Notes: generated from the letters alone by a model not told the origin. 64,000 nucleotides of DNA from Eubacteriales bacterium (GCA_045533335.1 JAZSHQ010000054.1:840-64839); one strand, 5' to 3'. Shown: positions 38,262 through 48,748, counted from the first letter of the stretch. Translations and numbers: made by a program.

Positions 38262-39059
38262 TCAGTTTTTATAGTGTGCCGCAAAATATGTTCCCACAAA
38301 TTCGCCGTCGAATACGTCGTAAAGAATTTCGGGATTCGCACCGTTTAAAATTACCATAGCGATACCGCGTTCGGTAACGTATCTTGCACTTTCGAGCTTG
38401 GTCGCCATGCCGCCCGTACCGCGCGCAGTTCCCGCGCCCGCGCCCATCGCGAATATTTCGTCGGTAACCTCTTCCACGTATTCGATGAATTTTGCGTTTT
38501 CGTTGCTTCGCGGGTCGGAATCGTAAAGTCCGTTTATGTCCGACATATTTATAAGCAAATCGGCGTGGCAAAGCCTTGCAACGGTCGCGGCAAGAGTATC
38601 GTTACTGCCTATTTTTATCTGCTCGTTCGAAAGCGTGTCGTTTTCGTTTACAATAGGAATAATTCCCTGCCCCAAAAGCAATTCAATCGTCGTGCTTGCG
38701 TTCTCTCGGCGTTCTTTATTGTCGATAACGCTTCGCGTAAGCAATATCTGCGCGATAGTAATGCCGTAATCCGAAAAACGGCGGTCATACATATCGATAA
38801 GCTGGCATTGACCGACAGCGGCGGCTGCCTGCTTTTGCTCGGTGGTAAGATTTTTTCTGTCGAAGCCGGTTTTCGCAAGCCCGCAGGAAACGGCGCCCGA
38901 GGAAACGAGTATTATTTCCTTGCCGCTGTTATAAAGGTCGGCAAGGCAGGCAACCAGCTTTTCGACCTTTCGTATATTCATATATCCCGACGCGTGCGTA
39001 AGGGTAGACGTTCCGACCTTTACCACAACGCGTTTTATGTTTTCGGTGTTGATTTTCAT
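38262..39059 (-). CDS. proB: Glutamate 5-kinase (short form, no PUA domain)
   Basis: VVKVGTSTL, VSSGAV, AAVGQ, PIVNEND, GTGGMATK. Confidence 0.94.
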   Translation of the reverse strand: MKINTENIKRVVVKVGTSTLTHASGYMNIRKVEKLVACLADLYNSGKEIILVSSGAVSCGLAKTGFDRKNLTTEQKQAAAAVGQCQLIDMYDRRFSDYGITIAQILLTRSVIDNKERRENASTTIELLLGQGIIPIVNENDTLSNEQIKIGSNDTLAATVARLCHADLLINMSDINGLYDSDPRSNENAKFIEYVEEVTDEIFAMGAGAGTARGTGGMATKLESARYVTERGIAMVILNGANPEILYDVFDGEFVGTYFAAHYKN

Positions 39060-39145
39060 AATTTTGCTCTCGCTTACTATTTACATTTGATAATTTAGTA
39101 TTATAATATAATGGAACACAAATATCAAGGTTTTTTTAAAAGGAT

Positions 39146-39736
39146 ATGGATATTATGGCAAAAAAGCTTATACTCGCTTCGGCTTCTCCCCGCCGAAAAG
39201 AAATACTTGACACCGCGGGCTACGCCTACGAGGTGATTCCTTCGAACGCAAACGAGCTTACACAGGGCGAAAACGCCTGCGAGCTCGTGCGCGAAAACGC
39301 GCTTGCCAAGGCAAGAGAGGTATTTGCGCGTTGCGGCGAAAATGCAACGGTTATCGGTGCGGACACCGTCGTTTGCCTTAACGGGAAAATACTCGGCAAG
39401 CCGAAGGACGAGCGCGATGCGTTTTTGATGCTTAAAAGCCTTTCGGGAAGCGTTCACGAGGTAATAAGCGGCTATGCCGTTATCGGCAACGAGGGCGAGG
39501 AAAGCGGATATTGCGTTACCGAGGTGCGCTTCCGCGAGCTGACCGACGACGAAATAAACGCCTATATAAAAACGAACGAGCCTATGGACAAGGCGGGGGC
39601 ATACGGTATTCAGGAAAGAGCCTGCCTTTTTGCCGAAAGCTTTACGGGGGATTTTTACAACATTATCGGTCTTCCGATATCGCCGCTGTATTCGCTGCTT
39701 AAAAAGTTCGGCATTTCGCCCGATTGGCAAAAGTGA
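39146..39736 (+). CDS. maf: Maf family nucleotide pyrophosphatase
   Basis: LILASASPRRKEIL, IGADTVV, LGKP, DKAGAYGIQ, NIIGLP; start may be ATG 39155. Confidence 0.93.
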   Translation: MDIMAKKLILASASPRRKEILDTAGYAYEVIPSNANELTQGENACELVRENALAKAREVFARCGENATVIGADTVVCLNGKILGKPKDERDAFLMLKSLSGSVHEVISGYAVIGNEGEESGYCVTEVRFRELTDDEINAYIKTNEPMDKAGAYGIQERACLFAESFTGDFYNIIGLPISPLYSLLKKFGISPDWQK

Positions 39737-39826
39737 TATTTGGCTGTTTGTGACATTGACTTGCGCTCGGGTTTTTGATAGTATATATATTTGGAAGTTA
39801 AATTTAGAGCAAAGGAAAAAAACAAG

Positions 39827-42800
39827 ATGAAAATCACAAAAAGAGCTCTTGCGTTGCTTATCTGCGTGATAATGCTCGCATCCTCCTGCGTTTTTGCAAA
39901 CGCGGCAACCGTCAGTATGTCGGTTTCGAAAAGCTTTTCGGTCACCTCGGGTGTCGATTACGCAAAATACAACGTTTACGGAAGTCAAAGCAAGCACACC
40001 GAAGCCTGCACCGTGCTTGAATTTTCTCCCAACCAATATATGGCCGTTCCCTTTATCGGCTACGCGGGCTCGGCAAGCCTCCTCGCCGAACACTACAACC
40101 GTGCGGTAAACACCTTCGGCTACGAGGTCGCGGGTGTTATCAACGGCTCGTTCTTCGGCACCGCGAACGACGCGCTTATCGGACATATTATTACCAACGG
40201 CAAGCTTGCCTGCGCGCATTTCGGCGATACCCAGGAAATGGTCACCTTCGATGCAAACGGCAAGATGACAAGCGTCAGCAGCGTTCTTTCGAGCACGCTT
40301 AATTCAAACGGCACTATTCTCACCAACGCTATCGCTTACGTAAATAAGCGTCAGGATGCCGCTTGGTCGGGCGCAACCCATAAAATATTCTATTACGACG
40401 AATCCTGCGGCACAAAGGCAGACACCACCGGCACAAACTACGAAGTGGTTTGCCGCAAGCTCGACAACACCGAAATCGGTGTCGGTCAAACGCTCAAAGG
40501 TGAAGTAGTAGCTATCTATCCCGCCACCAGCAAAACCGCAATCGCATCCAACCAGTTCGTGCTTTCGGTAAAAACAAGCTCCGACCATCTCGGTTATCTC
40601 AACACACTCAAGGTCGGCGACCCCGTAAGCGTTTCGGTAAACGAAACCAACGCAAGCGCGCGCACCGCGATGGAAAACGCTGTCGGCGCAATAACCAACG
40701 TCGGCTGGCTCGTTAAAGACGGTGTCGACCTCACTCTTACTCAATCCACAGTCGGCACCCACTCGGTAACCGGCACCTACGCGCGTTGGACCGCATTCGG
40801 CACCAAGCCCGACGGCAGCTACGTATTCTTCACCTCCGAAGGCGGCGGCACCGGCGCTTCCTCGCGCTCGCTCACCCTTCGCGACGTTGCCGCGGCGATG
40901 ATAAAGCTCGGCTGTAACAACGTTATCCGTATGGACGGCGGCGGAAGCTCGGCGATGTACGTTTCGAACACAGGCAGCGGAAGCGCGGGCTACGTTCAAA
41001 GCCATTCGCGTTCGGTATGCGACGTTATCCTTGTTGTAAAAAAATCAAGCCTTGTGGACCAAAACCTTATCGCGGCTCTTAACACCGCGTTGGCAGAAGC
41101 AAAGGCATACGTTTCGATTACCCCCAACGCGGCTATTTCGGCGGCTATCGCCGAAGCCGAAGCGGCATTGAGCGCAGGCAACGTTATTGCAAGCGAAGCG
41201 CGCAGACTTATTAAAAAGCTTTCTGTTTCGAGCAAGGACAGCCTTAAAACGCTTATCGACAACGCCGCATCGCTTTCCTACGCCGGCTTTAGCGAAGAGC
41301 AGTTATCGGTTATCCGCGCAAACTACGAAAGAGCAAACGAAATATATCACAACGCCAACGCCACCGCCGCAGAGGTAGTTGCGGCTTACAACGCGTTGAG
41401 CCAAACCCTTAACCTTACGGGCAAAACCGTTATTTCTGTCGGAAAAACCTATACCACAAGCGGAGCAAAGCACGGCTCTTATCCCGACAATTCGGTCCGT
41501 CTTACCGACGGGACCAAGCAAAGCCCCGACGGCGGCTCGGTCGAGGCATACTCGGGCTGGGACGCAAAAACCGATGCGCAAATCACCGTCAACCTCGGCT
41601 CTGCTCAAAGCAGCGACACCTATACCGTTTACGGCGCATACGGATTTTACGGTATCCAATCCCCCAAGGGTATGACAGTTTCGGTTTCGAACGACGGTAC
41701 AAACTTCACAACCGTAGGCTCGACCACCGAAATAACTCCTATGGGCACGGGCAACGCAACGAGCGACGGCGTTACAAACCTTTACGCGCTTACCGTCACC
41801 GCGCCTGCGGCAAAAACCGCAAAATACGTCCGCTTCACCGTAAACGCCAACAACTTCGTTTGGATAGACGAGGTCGAGATTTCGGTATCTCAAGCAACCG
41901 CGCTTACGGTTTCCACAGGCAAAAACTACACTACATCGGGCGAAAAGCACGGCACCTTCGGCGATAACGGCGTTAAGCTCACCGACGGCGTTAAATCAAG
42001 CGCGGACGGCGGCTCGGTTTCCATATATTCGGGTTGGGCAAACGGTGTCGACGCGGTCATTACTATCGACCTCGGCTCGGTAATGAAGAGCGACACCTAC
42101 ACCGTTTACGGCGCATACGGATTTTACGGTATCGACCCCGTTAAGAGTATGGCGGTTTCTGTTTCGCAGGACGGCAAGACCTTTACGAGCGTCGGCACAA
42201 CCTCTTCGCTCGTGTCGCTCGGCAACGGCAATATCATCGACAACGACACGGCAAAGCTTTGGAAGTTTACGGTCAAGACCGCCAATATGAACACGGCGCG
42301 CTATGTCCGCTTCACCGTCACCCCGACCGATTTTGTTTGGATAGATGAAGTCGAGGTTTCGGTTTCCAACATCGCAAAGCTCGAAAAGCTTACCGAGGCT
42401 GTCGAAATCCACGGCTTTAACAACCATATTTACGATAGCAACTGCTATATCTACACCCCCGATTTCGGCACACTTACCGCCGATAAAATCAACCACCGCT
42501 ACACCTGCAACGTTATTCTTACAAAAACAAGCGACCCCAACGTCTATACCATAAAATCGATAACCACCGCAAACGGAAGCGCGGCTGACGTAAATCTTGC
42601 ATCGAACGAGATTATGATCGCCTGCCACAGCGGTAATTCAAACCTCAGCGTAATAAGCCACACGCTTCTTAAAAACGCATCCGTCGGCAAAAAGGTAACC
42701 TTCTACGGCGTCGATTTTGCAAGAAAAACGATAAGCACCGCGGCTTATGCAACGGTCGAAGGCAACAACCAAACCGTCGTTCCCCCTGCCCCCGCGAACG

Positions 42801-42997
42801 GCAAGCTCGGCGACGTTAACAAGGACGGCACGATAGATCAGTATGACTACATTCTTGTTAAACGCCACTATTTCGAAACCCGTACTCTTTCGGCAGACGA
42901 AAAGACCCGCGCAGACGTTAACAAGGACGGCAAGGTCGACCAGTTCGACTACATTCTTATCGCACGCCACTACTTCGGCACGTTTGTGATTAAGTAA
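39827..42997 (+). CDS. Secreted NAGPA-like + helical spacer + two tandem CBM32-like modules + unnamed module + dockerin (paralog 3)
   Basis: Signal peptide MKITKRALALL; GVINGSFF, RWTAFGTKPDG, MIKLGCNNVIRMDGGGS; duplicated GK.YTTSG.KHG..LTDG..FVWIDEVE module; dockerin. Confidence 0.85.
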   Translation: MKITKRALALLICVIMLASSCVFANAATVSMSVSKSFSVTSGVDYAKYNVYGSQSKHTEACTVLEFSPNQYMAVPFIGYAGSASLLAEHYNRAVNTFGYEVAGVINGSFFGTANDALIGHIITNGKLACAHFGDTQEMVTFDANGKMTSVSSVLSSTLNSNGTILTNAIAYVNKRQDAAWSGATHKIFYYDESCGTKADTTGTNYEVVCRKLDNTEIGVGQTLKGEVVAIYPATSKTAIASNQFVLSVKTSSDHLGYLNTLKVGDPVSVSVNETNASARTAMENAVGAITNVGWLVKDGVDLTLTQSTVGTHSVTGTYARWTAFGTKPDGSYVFFTSEGGGTGASSRSLTLRDVAAAMIKLGCNNVIRMDGGGSSAMYVSNTGSGSAGYVQSHSRSVCDVILVVKKSSLVDQNLIAALNTALAEAKAYVSITPNAAISAAIAEAEAALSAGNVIASEARRLIKKLSVSSKDSLKTLIDNAASLSYAGFSEEQLSVIRANYERANEIYHNANATAAEVVAAYNALSQTLNLTGKTVISVGKTYTTSGAKHGSYPDNSVRLTDGTKQSPDGGSVEAYSGWDAKTDAQITVNLGSAQSSDTYTVYGAYGFYGIQSPKGMTVSVSNDGTNFTTVGSTTEITPMGTGNATSDGVTNLYALTVTAPAAKTAKYVRFTVNANNFVWIDEVEISVSQATALTVSTGKNYTTSGEKHGTFGDNGVKLTDGVKSSADGGSVSIYSGWANGVDAVITIDLGSVMKSDTYTVYGAYGFYGIDPVKSMAVSVSQDGKTFTSVGTTSSLVSLGNGNIIDNDTAKLWKFTVKTANMNTARYVRFTVTPTDFVWIDEVEVSVSNIAKLEKLTEAVEIHGFNNHIYDSNCYIYTPDFGTLTADKINHRYTCNVILTKTSDPNVYTIKSITTANGSAADVNLASNEIMIACHSGNSNLSVISHTLLKNASVGKKVTFYGVDFARKTISTAAYATVEGNNQTVVPPAPANGKLGDVNKDGTIDQYDYILVKRHYFETRTLSADEKTRADVNKDGKVDQFDYILIARHYFGTFVIK

Positions 42998-43230
42998 TGT
43001 CATTCTGAGCGAAGCAAAACAGCGGTAAAGCTGTTTTGCGAAATCGAACTTCCGCCTTAGCGGAAGCGAATTGCGCGAGCGCAATTCGGGATATACACAA
43101 CAATTTAACAATACAACGAGAGAGGAACTTAATGGGGTCCCCGAAAAATCAAAGATTTTTGGGGCGGTGCAAAAAGTTCCTCTCTCGTGCTCTCCCAAAA
43201 ACTTTTAGTTTTGGGATTTTTTATTGTGTG
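42998..43230 (+). repeat. 3' palindromic element (long copy)
   Basis: TGTCATTCTGAGCGAAG start, several hairpins, GAGAGGAACTT/AAGTTCCTCTC stem at 43117..43187, CCCAAAAAC..TTTTGGGATTTTTTAT. Confidence 0.7.
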
Positions 43231-44081
43231 TCATTTCGCGGAACAAACAACCATTTCGAAAGCCTTTGCATTTCGCGCTTTGCGTCGGCAACGCCGATAT
43301 CGTAAACGGCGCGCACGCGTTCGGGGTCGTGCTCCATTCTGCCGATTGTAAGCGGCTCGCTCGGGCGGATAACAAATACCTCGCCTAACCTTTCAAGCTC
43401 TTTTATATATTCAAGCGTTTTATTGTAACGCTCCTGCAAGCCGAGCAGAGTTTGCACAAATTCGGGATATTTACGGTACAAAAGCTTTGCGAAAACGCCG
43501 TGCTCCTGCTTTTTTACGTATCCGTCGTGGCGGGTAAGCACGATAACGTTGCGCTCAAAGCCCATATCGCGAAACGCTTTTATCGGAATGCTGTCGGCAC
43601 AGCCGCCGTCGAGATATTTTTTGCCGTTTATTTCCACAATGCGAGAAAAATAGGGCAGCGATGCCGAGGCGCGCAGATAATCTATATCGGCAAGCATATC
43701 GTTTATCTTTATATATTCGGGCTTGCCTGTTTCGAGGTTGGCAACGGTAACATAAAAGGGCACACCGCATTTTTCGAAAGCCGCGTAATCATACGGCACT
43801 AATTTTTCGGGCAGCTCGTGATAGGCAAAATCGGCACCGACAATATCGCCCGTTTTTATAAAGCTTTTAAGGCTCATAAACCGCCAATCGTTGCAATATT
43901 TGGTATAGTAATCTATACTTCTTCCCTTTTGCCCCGAAAGAAAAGAGCAGCCGTGGATCGCACCTGCCGAAACGCCGACAACACCGTCGAACGATATTCG
44001 GTTTTCCATAAAAACGTCGAGCACGCCCGCCGTGTATATTCCGCGGAAGCCGCCGCCCTCCAAAACAAGCCCTGTTTTCAA
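43221..44081 (-). CDS. Patatin-like phospholipase family protein
   Basis: GLVLEGGGFRG, GVSAG nucleophile motif, YLDGG; likely TTG start at 44081 after GAGG. Confidence 0.9.
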   Translation of the reverse strand: MKTGLVLEGGGFRGIYTAGVLDVFMENRISFDGVVGVSAGAIHGCSFLSGQKGRSIDYYTKYCNDWRFMSLKSFIKTGDIVGADFAYHELPEKLVPYDYAAFEKCGVPFYVTVANLETGKPEYIKINDMLADIDYLRASASLPYFSRIVEINGKKYLDGGCADSIPIKAFRDMGFERNVIVLTRHDGYVKKQEHGVFAKLLYRKYPEFVQTLLGLQERYNKTLEYIKELERLGEVFVIRPSEPLTIGRMEHDPERVRAVYDIGVADAKREMQRLSKWLFVPRNDTQ

Positions 44082-44217
44082 AATTTTTACCTCAAATACG
44101 CCAAAATTTAATTTTTTCTGCAATATTTTATCATTTTTATATAGGATAATCAAGCCGTTGAATAAATTTAACAAAAAAGCGGATATTAATTACAACAAAT
44201 ATCGGAAGGACAAAGAT

Positions 44218-45090
44218 ATGAAAAAGATATTCATTTTATTTCTTACAGTTTTTCTCGCGCTTGCGTTGATATCTGCCGTTTCCGCAGAAGGAAGCGAGAT
44301 ATCCTACGGTAAAAGCTACACTCTTGTAACCCCCGCATCCGCGGCATACCCCGACGACGGTATAAAGCTGACCGACGGCATTTTCGGCACTATCCCCGAC
44401 GGCGGAAGCGGTTATTATTCAAGCGGCGCGTACGTCGGCTTTAATCAGGTCGATACGGACGATAACGGAAATTTCGAAATAATTCTCGACCTCGGACAAC
44501 TGCGCGAGGATATTTCGGCAATAACGGTAGGTTTTCTTAACGAAACCTCGGTGGGCATATACGCGCCCAAAAGCGTATCCTTCGCACTTGCCGACGATCG
44601 CAACGGAAGCTACACCGAGCTCGGCACGCTCGACACCGAAAAATCCACCGAAGGCGGACTTTCCGAAACCTTTGCGATGACGCTTGCGGCAGAGGATGCC
44701 TCGGGCAGATACCTGCGTGTGCTTATCGAGCATCTCGGCGAATTTGCCGATGAAAGCGGCGAAACGAAAACTGCGGGCTGGACCTTTATCGACGAAATAA
44801 GCGTTTATTCCTCGGGCAACGCATCGAACGGCACGGGCGACGAAAGCCTTAACGAATCCTCAAACACCGTTGATGAATCCTCGAACACCGTTGATGAATC
44901 CTCTTCGCCCATAGAAAGCAGCGAAATAAGCGAAAACGAAACAAGCACACCTTTGACCGAATCCAGCACCCCCGAAATACCCGAAGCGGGCGACAACGGC
45001 GGAATTTTGGCGTTTATCCTGCTTGCGATTTCCTCCTTCGCGATGATCGGAGCTTTGTTTACAAGCAGAAAAATAAGCAATAGAATCTAA
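44218..45090 (+). CDS. Surface-anchored CBM32-like protein with Ser/Glu linker and sortase-like signal
   Basis: Signal peptide ..AVSA; ISYGKSYT..YPDDGIKLTDG..IILDLG..FIDEISV; ESSNTVD repeated twice; IPEAGD + hydrophobic helix + RK tail. Confidence 0.72.
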   Translation: MKKIFILFLTVFLALALISAVSAEGSEISYGKSYTLVTPASAAYPDDGIKLTDGIFGTIPDGGSGYYSSGAYVGFNQVDTDDNGNFEIILDLGQLREDISAITVGFLNETSVGIYAPKSVSFALADDRNGSYTELGTLDTEKSTEGGLSETFAMTLAAEDASGRYLRVLIEHLGEFADESGETKTAGWTFIDEISVYSSGNASNGTGDESLNESSNTVDESSNTVDESSSPIESSEISENETSTPLTESSTPEIPEAGDNGGILAFILLAISSFAMIGALFTSRKISNRI

Positions 45091-45091
45091 C

Positions 45092-45124
45092 AAAAAAGCT
45101 TTCCGCAAAAACGGAAAGCTTTTT
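45092..45124. terminator. Bidirectional terminator
   Basis: AAAAAGCTTTCCG-CAAAAA-CGGAAAGCTTTTT between convergent genes. Confidence 0.75.
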
Positions 45125-45128
45125 ACTA

Positions 45129-46379
45129 TTAATGCTGCCAAGCGCCTAGATAGTTTTTCTGGTTTTCGGTAAGAGTATCGATCTTACAGCCCCAGAACGC
45201 GAGCTTTCTGCGTGCAACCTCTTCGTCGACCTCACGCGGGACCTTAATAAGCTTTTCTGCGATCTTGCCCTGATTGGTAACGAGGTGTAGAGCCGAAAGC
45301 GCCTGAATTGCAAACGACATATCCATAATTTCGGCAGGGTGTCCGTCGCCCGCGCAGATATTAACCAATCTGCCCTCGGCGATAACGTAAACCGTGTTGC
45401 CGTTCGGGAGCTTATAGCCGATAATGTTGTTGCGTGCTTCGAAGGTTTCTACCGCGTATTCGCGCAAAGCCTTCATATCGACCTCTACGTCGAAATGGCC
45501 TGCGTTTGTAAGAATTGCGCCGTCCTTAAGAAGCGGGAAATGCTTGGTGGTGATAACCTCGCAGTCGCCGGTAACGGTACAGAAGAAGTCGCCCTCTTTT
45601 GCCGCATCCTCCATAGGCATAACGGCAAAGCCGTCCATAACCGCTTCCATAGCGCGAATGGGGTCAACCTCGGTAACGATAACCGAAGCGCCCAAGCCCT
45701 TCGCTCTCATCGCAACGCCTTTGCCGCACCAGCCGTAGCCCGCAACGACAACCTTTTTGCCCGCAACGATAAGGTTTGTGGTGCGGTTAATGCCGTCCCA
45801 AACCGATTGACCCGTGCCGTAGCGGTTATCGAAAAGATGCTTGCAATCTGCATCGTTTACCAAAACCATAGGGAATTCCAAAATACCCTCGCGCGCCATA
45901 GCGTGCAAACGGATAATGCCTGTGGTGGTTTCCTCGCAGCCGCCGATAACGTTCGGAAGAAGCTCGCGGTATTTGGTATGTATAAGGTTTACCAAATCGC
46001 CGCCGTCATCGATAATGATGTTCGGTTTGCCCTCTTCGATAACGCGCGAAATATGCTCCTCGTATTCCTCGTCGGTGCAGGCGTGCCAAGCGTAAACGTT
46101 GAGCCCGCCGTGAACGAGCGCCGCCGCAACGTCATCCTGCGTGGAAAGAGGGTTGGAGCCGGTGATATACATTTCGGCACCGCCCGATGCAAGAACACGG
46201 CAAAGATATGCCGTTTTTGCCTCCAAATGCACCGAAAGCGCAACGCGAAGACCTGCAAACGGCTTGGTTTTTAAAAATTCCTCTTCGATACCGCGAAGAA
46301 GGTCCATATTGCTTTTTACCCACTGTATTTTTGTTTCGCCGCTTTCCCAAAGCGTAATATCCTTAATTGCGTAAGACAT
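45129..46379 (-). CDS. ahcY: Adenosylhomocysteinase family (SAH/SIH hydrolase)
   Basis: HLEAKTA, SNPLSTQD, IDDGGD, EETTTG, KHLFDNRYGTG, GYGWCGKG, GHFDVE, GHPAEIMD. Confidence 0.93.
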   Translation of the reverse strand: MSYAIKDITLWESGETKIQWVKSNMDLLRGIEEEFLKTKPFAGLRVALSVHLEAKTAYLCRVLASGGAEMYITGSNPLSTQDDVAAALVHGGLNVYAWHACTDEEYEEHISRVIEEGKPNIIIDDGGDLVNLIHTKYRELLPNVIGGCEETTTGIIRLHAMAREGILEFPMVLVNDADCKHLFDNRYGTGQSVWDGINRTTNLIVAGKKVVVAGYGWCGKGVAMRAKGLGASVIVTEVDPIRAMEAVMDGFAVMPMEDAAKEGDFFCTVTGDCEVITTKHFPLLKDGAILTNAGHFDVEVDMKALREYAVETFEARNNIIGYKLPNGNTVYVIAEGRLVNICAGDGHPAEIMDMSFAIQALSALHLVTNQGKIAEKLIKVPREVDEEVARRKLAFWGCKIDTLTENQKNYLGAWQH

Positions 46380-46390
46380 TTTCTTTCTCC

Positions 46391-47653
46391 TTAATTATCC
46401 AAAAAGTTAACTATCTTGTTTATATTATAGTAAAGCTGTTCGGTATCGATAGTAAGAAGCTCTTTGTGCTTCATAACCACGCGACCGTCGATAATAAGCG
46501 TATCGGTTTCGCTGCCGTCACAGCAATAGCAGACCGCCGCGTAATAGTTGCGAAGCGGAATCATCTGGGGCACGTCGGTATCGAGCAGAGCGATATCCGC
46601 CGCCCAGCCCTCTTCCAACCTGCCGAGCTTTTCAAATCCGAGCGCAGAAGCACCGTTGACGGTTGCAAAATCGAGCGCCTTCTTCGCGGGGATTGCGGTG
46701 GAATCGTAATTCGTGCCCTTGTGGAGCAGAGTCATATAATTAAGCTCGGAGAACATATTAAGGCTGTTGTTCGAAGCCGCCGAATCGGTACCGATACAGA
46801 TATTAACGCCCGCTTGGTCGAGCTGATATATCGGCGCGATGCCGTTGCCGAGCTTAAGGTTGGATTTGGGGTTGGATGCAACCGAAACGCCGTATTTCGC
46901 AAGTATCGAAATATCGTTTTCGGTAAGCTGAACACAATGTGCGGCAAGCGTTTTGTTTTCGAACAGACCGAGCGAAGCGACGTATTCGGTGGGGGTGCAG
47001 CCGTTATCGCGCATACAGTCGTTAAATTCCGCCTTGCTTTCCGAAAGGTGAATATTTAAACCCAATCCCAAGCGCTTTGCCTCGCTTGAAATTTTAAGAA
47101 GATATTCCTTATCGCAGGTATATATTGCGTGAGGCGCAAGCATAAACTTAATGTTCTTTTCGTGCTTCCATTCCTCGATTTCTTTGAATTGGTCGTCAAG
47201 GCGTTTTTGCCCGCCCTCGCTTCCGACAAGCCCGCGCGAAACGACAGCTCTCATGCCGCATTCCGCCGCCGCTTTCGCCGAATTACCGGGGAAAAGGTGC
47301 ATATCGCAAAAGGTTGCACAGCCGCGCTTTATCATTTCGGCGCAGGAAAGGAGCGAGCCCCAATATGCCTGCTCGCCGTTTAATCTGTCCTCCTTGGGCA
47401 TAACGCCGTTAAAGAGCCATTCCATAAAAGGAAGGTCGTCCGCCGCGTTGCGAAGTGTCGACATATACATATGCGTATGCGCATTTACAAACGCGGGAAT
47501 GGCAAGACGGTTATTTCCCTCGATAGTTTCATCGGCGACAAAATCGGCATCAACCTTGCCGATTTTTGTAATAATGCCGTCGGTAACGGCAATATCGACC
47601 GTTTTTAAACCGTCGCCCTCGGGAAGAATTACGTTTTTAATAAGAAGATTCAT
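46391..47653 (-). CDS. mtaD: 5'-methylthioadenosine/S-adenosylhomocysteine deaminase (amidohydrolase)
   Basis: FVNAHTH, APHAIYT, IHLSES, AAHCV, SNLKLGNG, GTDSAASNN; GGAGG before ATG 47653; adjacent to ahcY. Confidence 0.8.
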   Translation of the reverse strand: MNLLIKNVILPEGDGLKTVDIAVTDGIITKIGKVDADFVADETIEGNNRLAIPAFVNAHTHMYMSTLRNAADDLPFMEWLFNGVMPKEDRLNGEQAYWGSLLSCAEMIKRGCATFCDMHLFPGNSAKAAAECGMRAVVSRGLVGSEGGQKRLDDQFKEIEEWKHEKNIKFMLAPHAIYTCDKEYLLKISSEAKRLGLGLNIHLSESKAEFNDCMRDNGCTPTEYVASLGLFENKTLAAHCVQLTENDISILAKYGVSVASNPKSNLKLGNGIAPIYQLDQAGVNICIGTDSAASNNSLNMFSELNYMTLLHKGTNYDSTAIPAKKALDFATVNGASALGFEKLGRLEEGWAADIALLDTDVPQMIPLRNYYAAVCYCCDGSETDTLIIDGRVVMKHKELLTIDTEQLYYNINKIVNFLDN

Positions 47654-47889
47654 TTTAAACCTCCGTAAACATTCTCGAAAATGCATAACAATTAATCACA
47701 AACATTATACATTTTTTATTGTATTCCGTTGCGATAACACTAATTTCTTACAAAAATTAATCACGAACGCTATACATTTTACATTATACTATGGAAATTC
47801 CTGAAAATCAAGAAAAAAGGTTGATATTCTTAAGATTTGGTGATATAATTAATTGGATAAAATTTCGATTTTGGAAATCAGGTGTTAAT

Positions 47890-48732
47890 ATGTTTAAAAT
47901 AGTCAAAAAGGAATCGCTTAACCCGACCGTTTCTAAAATGGTCGTAAGCGCACCGCAAATAGCAAAAAAAGCCGAGCCCGGTCAGTTTATAATCCTTCGT
48001 GTTGATGAAGAGGGCGAAAGAATTCCCCTTACCATCGCCGATTACGACCGCGAAGCGGGCACCGTTACGATTATCTACCAGATAGTCGGCGGCACAACCA
48101 AGCTTCTCGATTCGAAAAAAGAGGGCGAATACATATCCGATTTTGTCGGCCCTTTGGGCAAGGCGACCGAAACCGACGGCATTAAAAAGGTTGCCGTTAT
48201 CGGCGGCGGCGTGGGCTGTGCTATTGCGCTCCCCGTTGCAAAGAAGCTTCACGAGCTCGGCGCAGAGGTGCATTCTGTTGTCGGCTTCCGTAACAAGGAC
48301 CTTGTTATTCTTCAGGATGAATTTACCGCTTGCAGCGATAAATACCTTATTATGACGGACGACGGCTCTATCGGCGAAAAGGGCTTGGTTACCGACGCGC
48401 TTAAAAAGCTTATCGAAAGCGGCGAAAAGTACGACGAAGTTATCGCTATCGGTCCGCTGATAATGATGAAGTTCGTTTGCAAGCTTACCAAGGAATACGG
48501 CATTAAAACCACCGTCAGTATGAATCCCATAATGATCGACGGCACGGGTATGTGCGGCGGTTGCCGTCTTACCGTCGGCGGCAAGGTCAAATTTGCCTGC
48601 GTTGACGGCCCCGATTTCGACGGACACGAAGTCGATTTCGACGAAGCTATGGACCGCGGCTCTATGTACCGCGAATTCGAACGTCATTCTTACGAAGACA
48701 CCTGCAATCTTTTAAATAAAACGGTTGAATAA
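47890..48732 (+). CDS. nfnA: NADH-dependent ferredoxin:NADP+ oxidoreductase small subunit (NfnA/SudB-like)
   Basis: PGQFIILR..ERIPLTI, GGGVG, DGTGMCGGCR..CVDGP [2Fe-2S]. Confidence 0.88.
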   Translation: MFKIVKKESLNPTVSKMVVSAPQIAKKAEPGQFIILRVDEEGERIPLTIADYDREAGTVTIIYQIVGGTTKLLDSKKEGEYISDFVGPLGKATETDGIKKVAVIGGGVGCAIALPVAKKLHELGAEVHSVVGFRNKDLVILQDEFTACSDKYLIMTDDGSIGEKGLVTDALKKLIESGEKYDEVIAIGPLIMMKFVCKLTKEYGIKTTVSMNPIMIDGTGMCGGCRLTVGGKVKFACVDGPDFDGHEVDFDEAMDRGSMYREFERHSYEDTCNLLNKTVE

Positions 48733-48748
48733 GGGGAGGAACAGAAAA

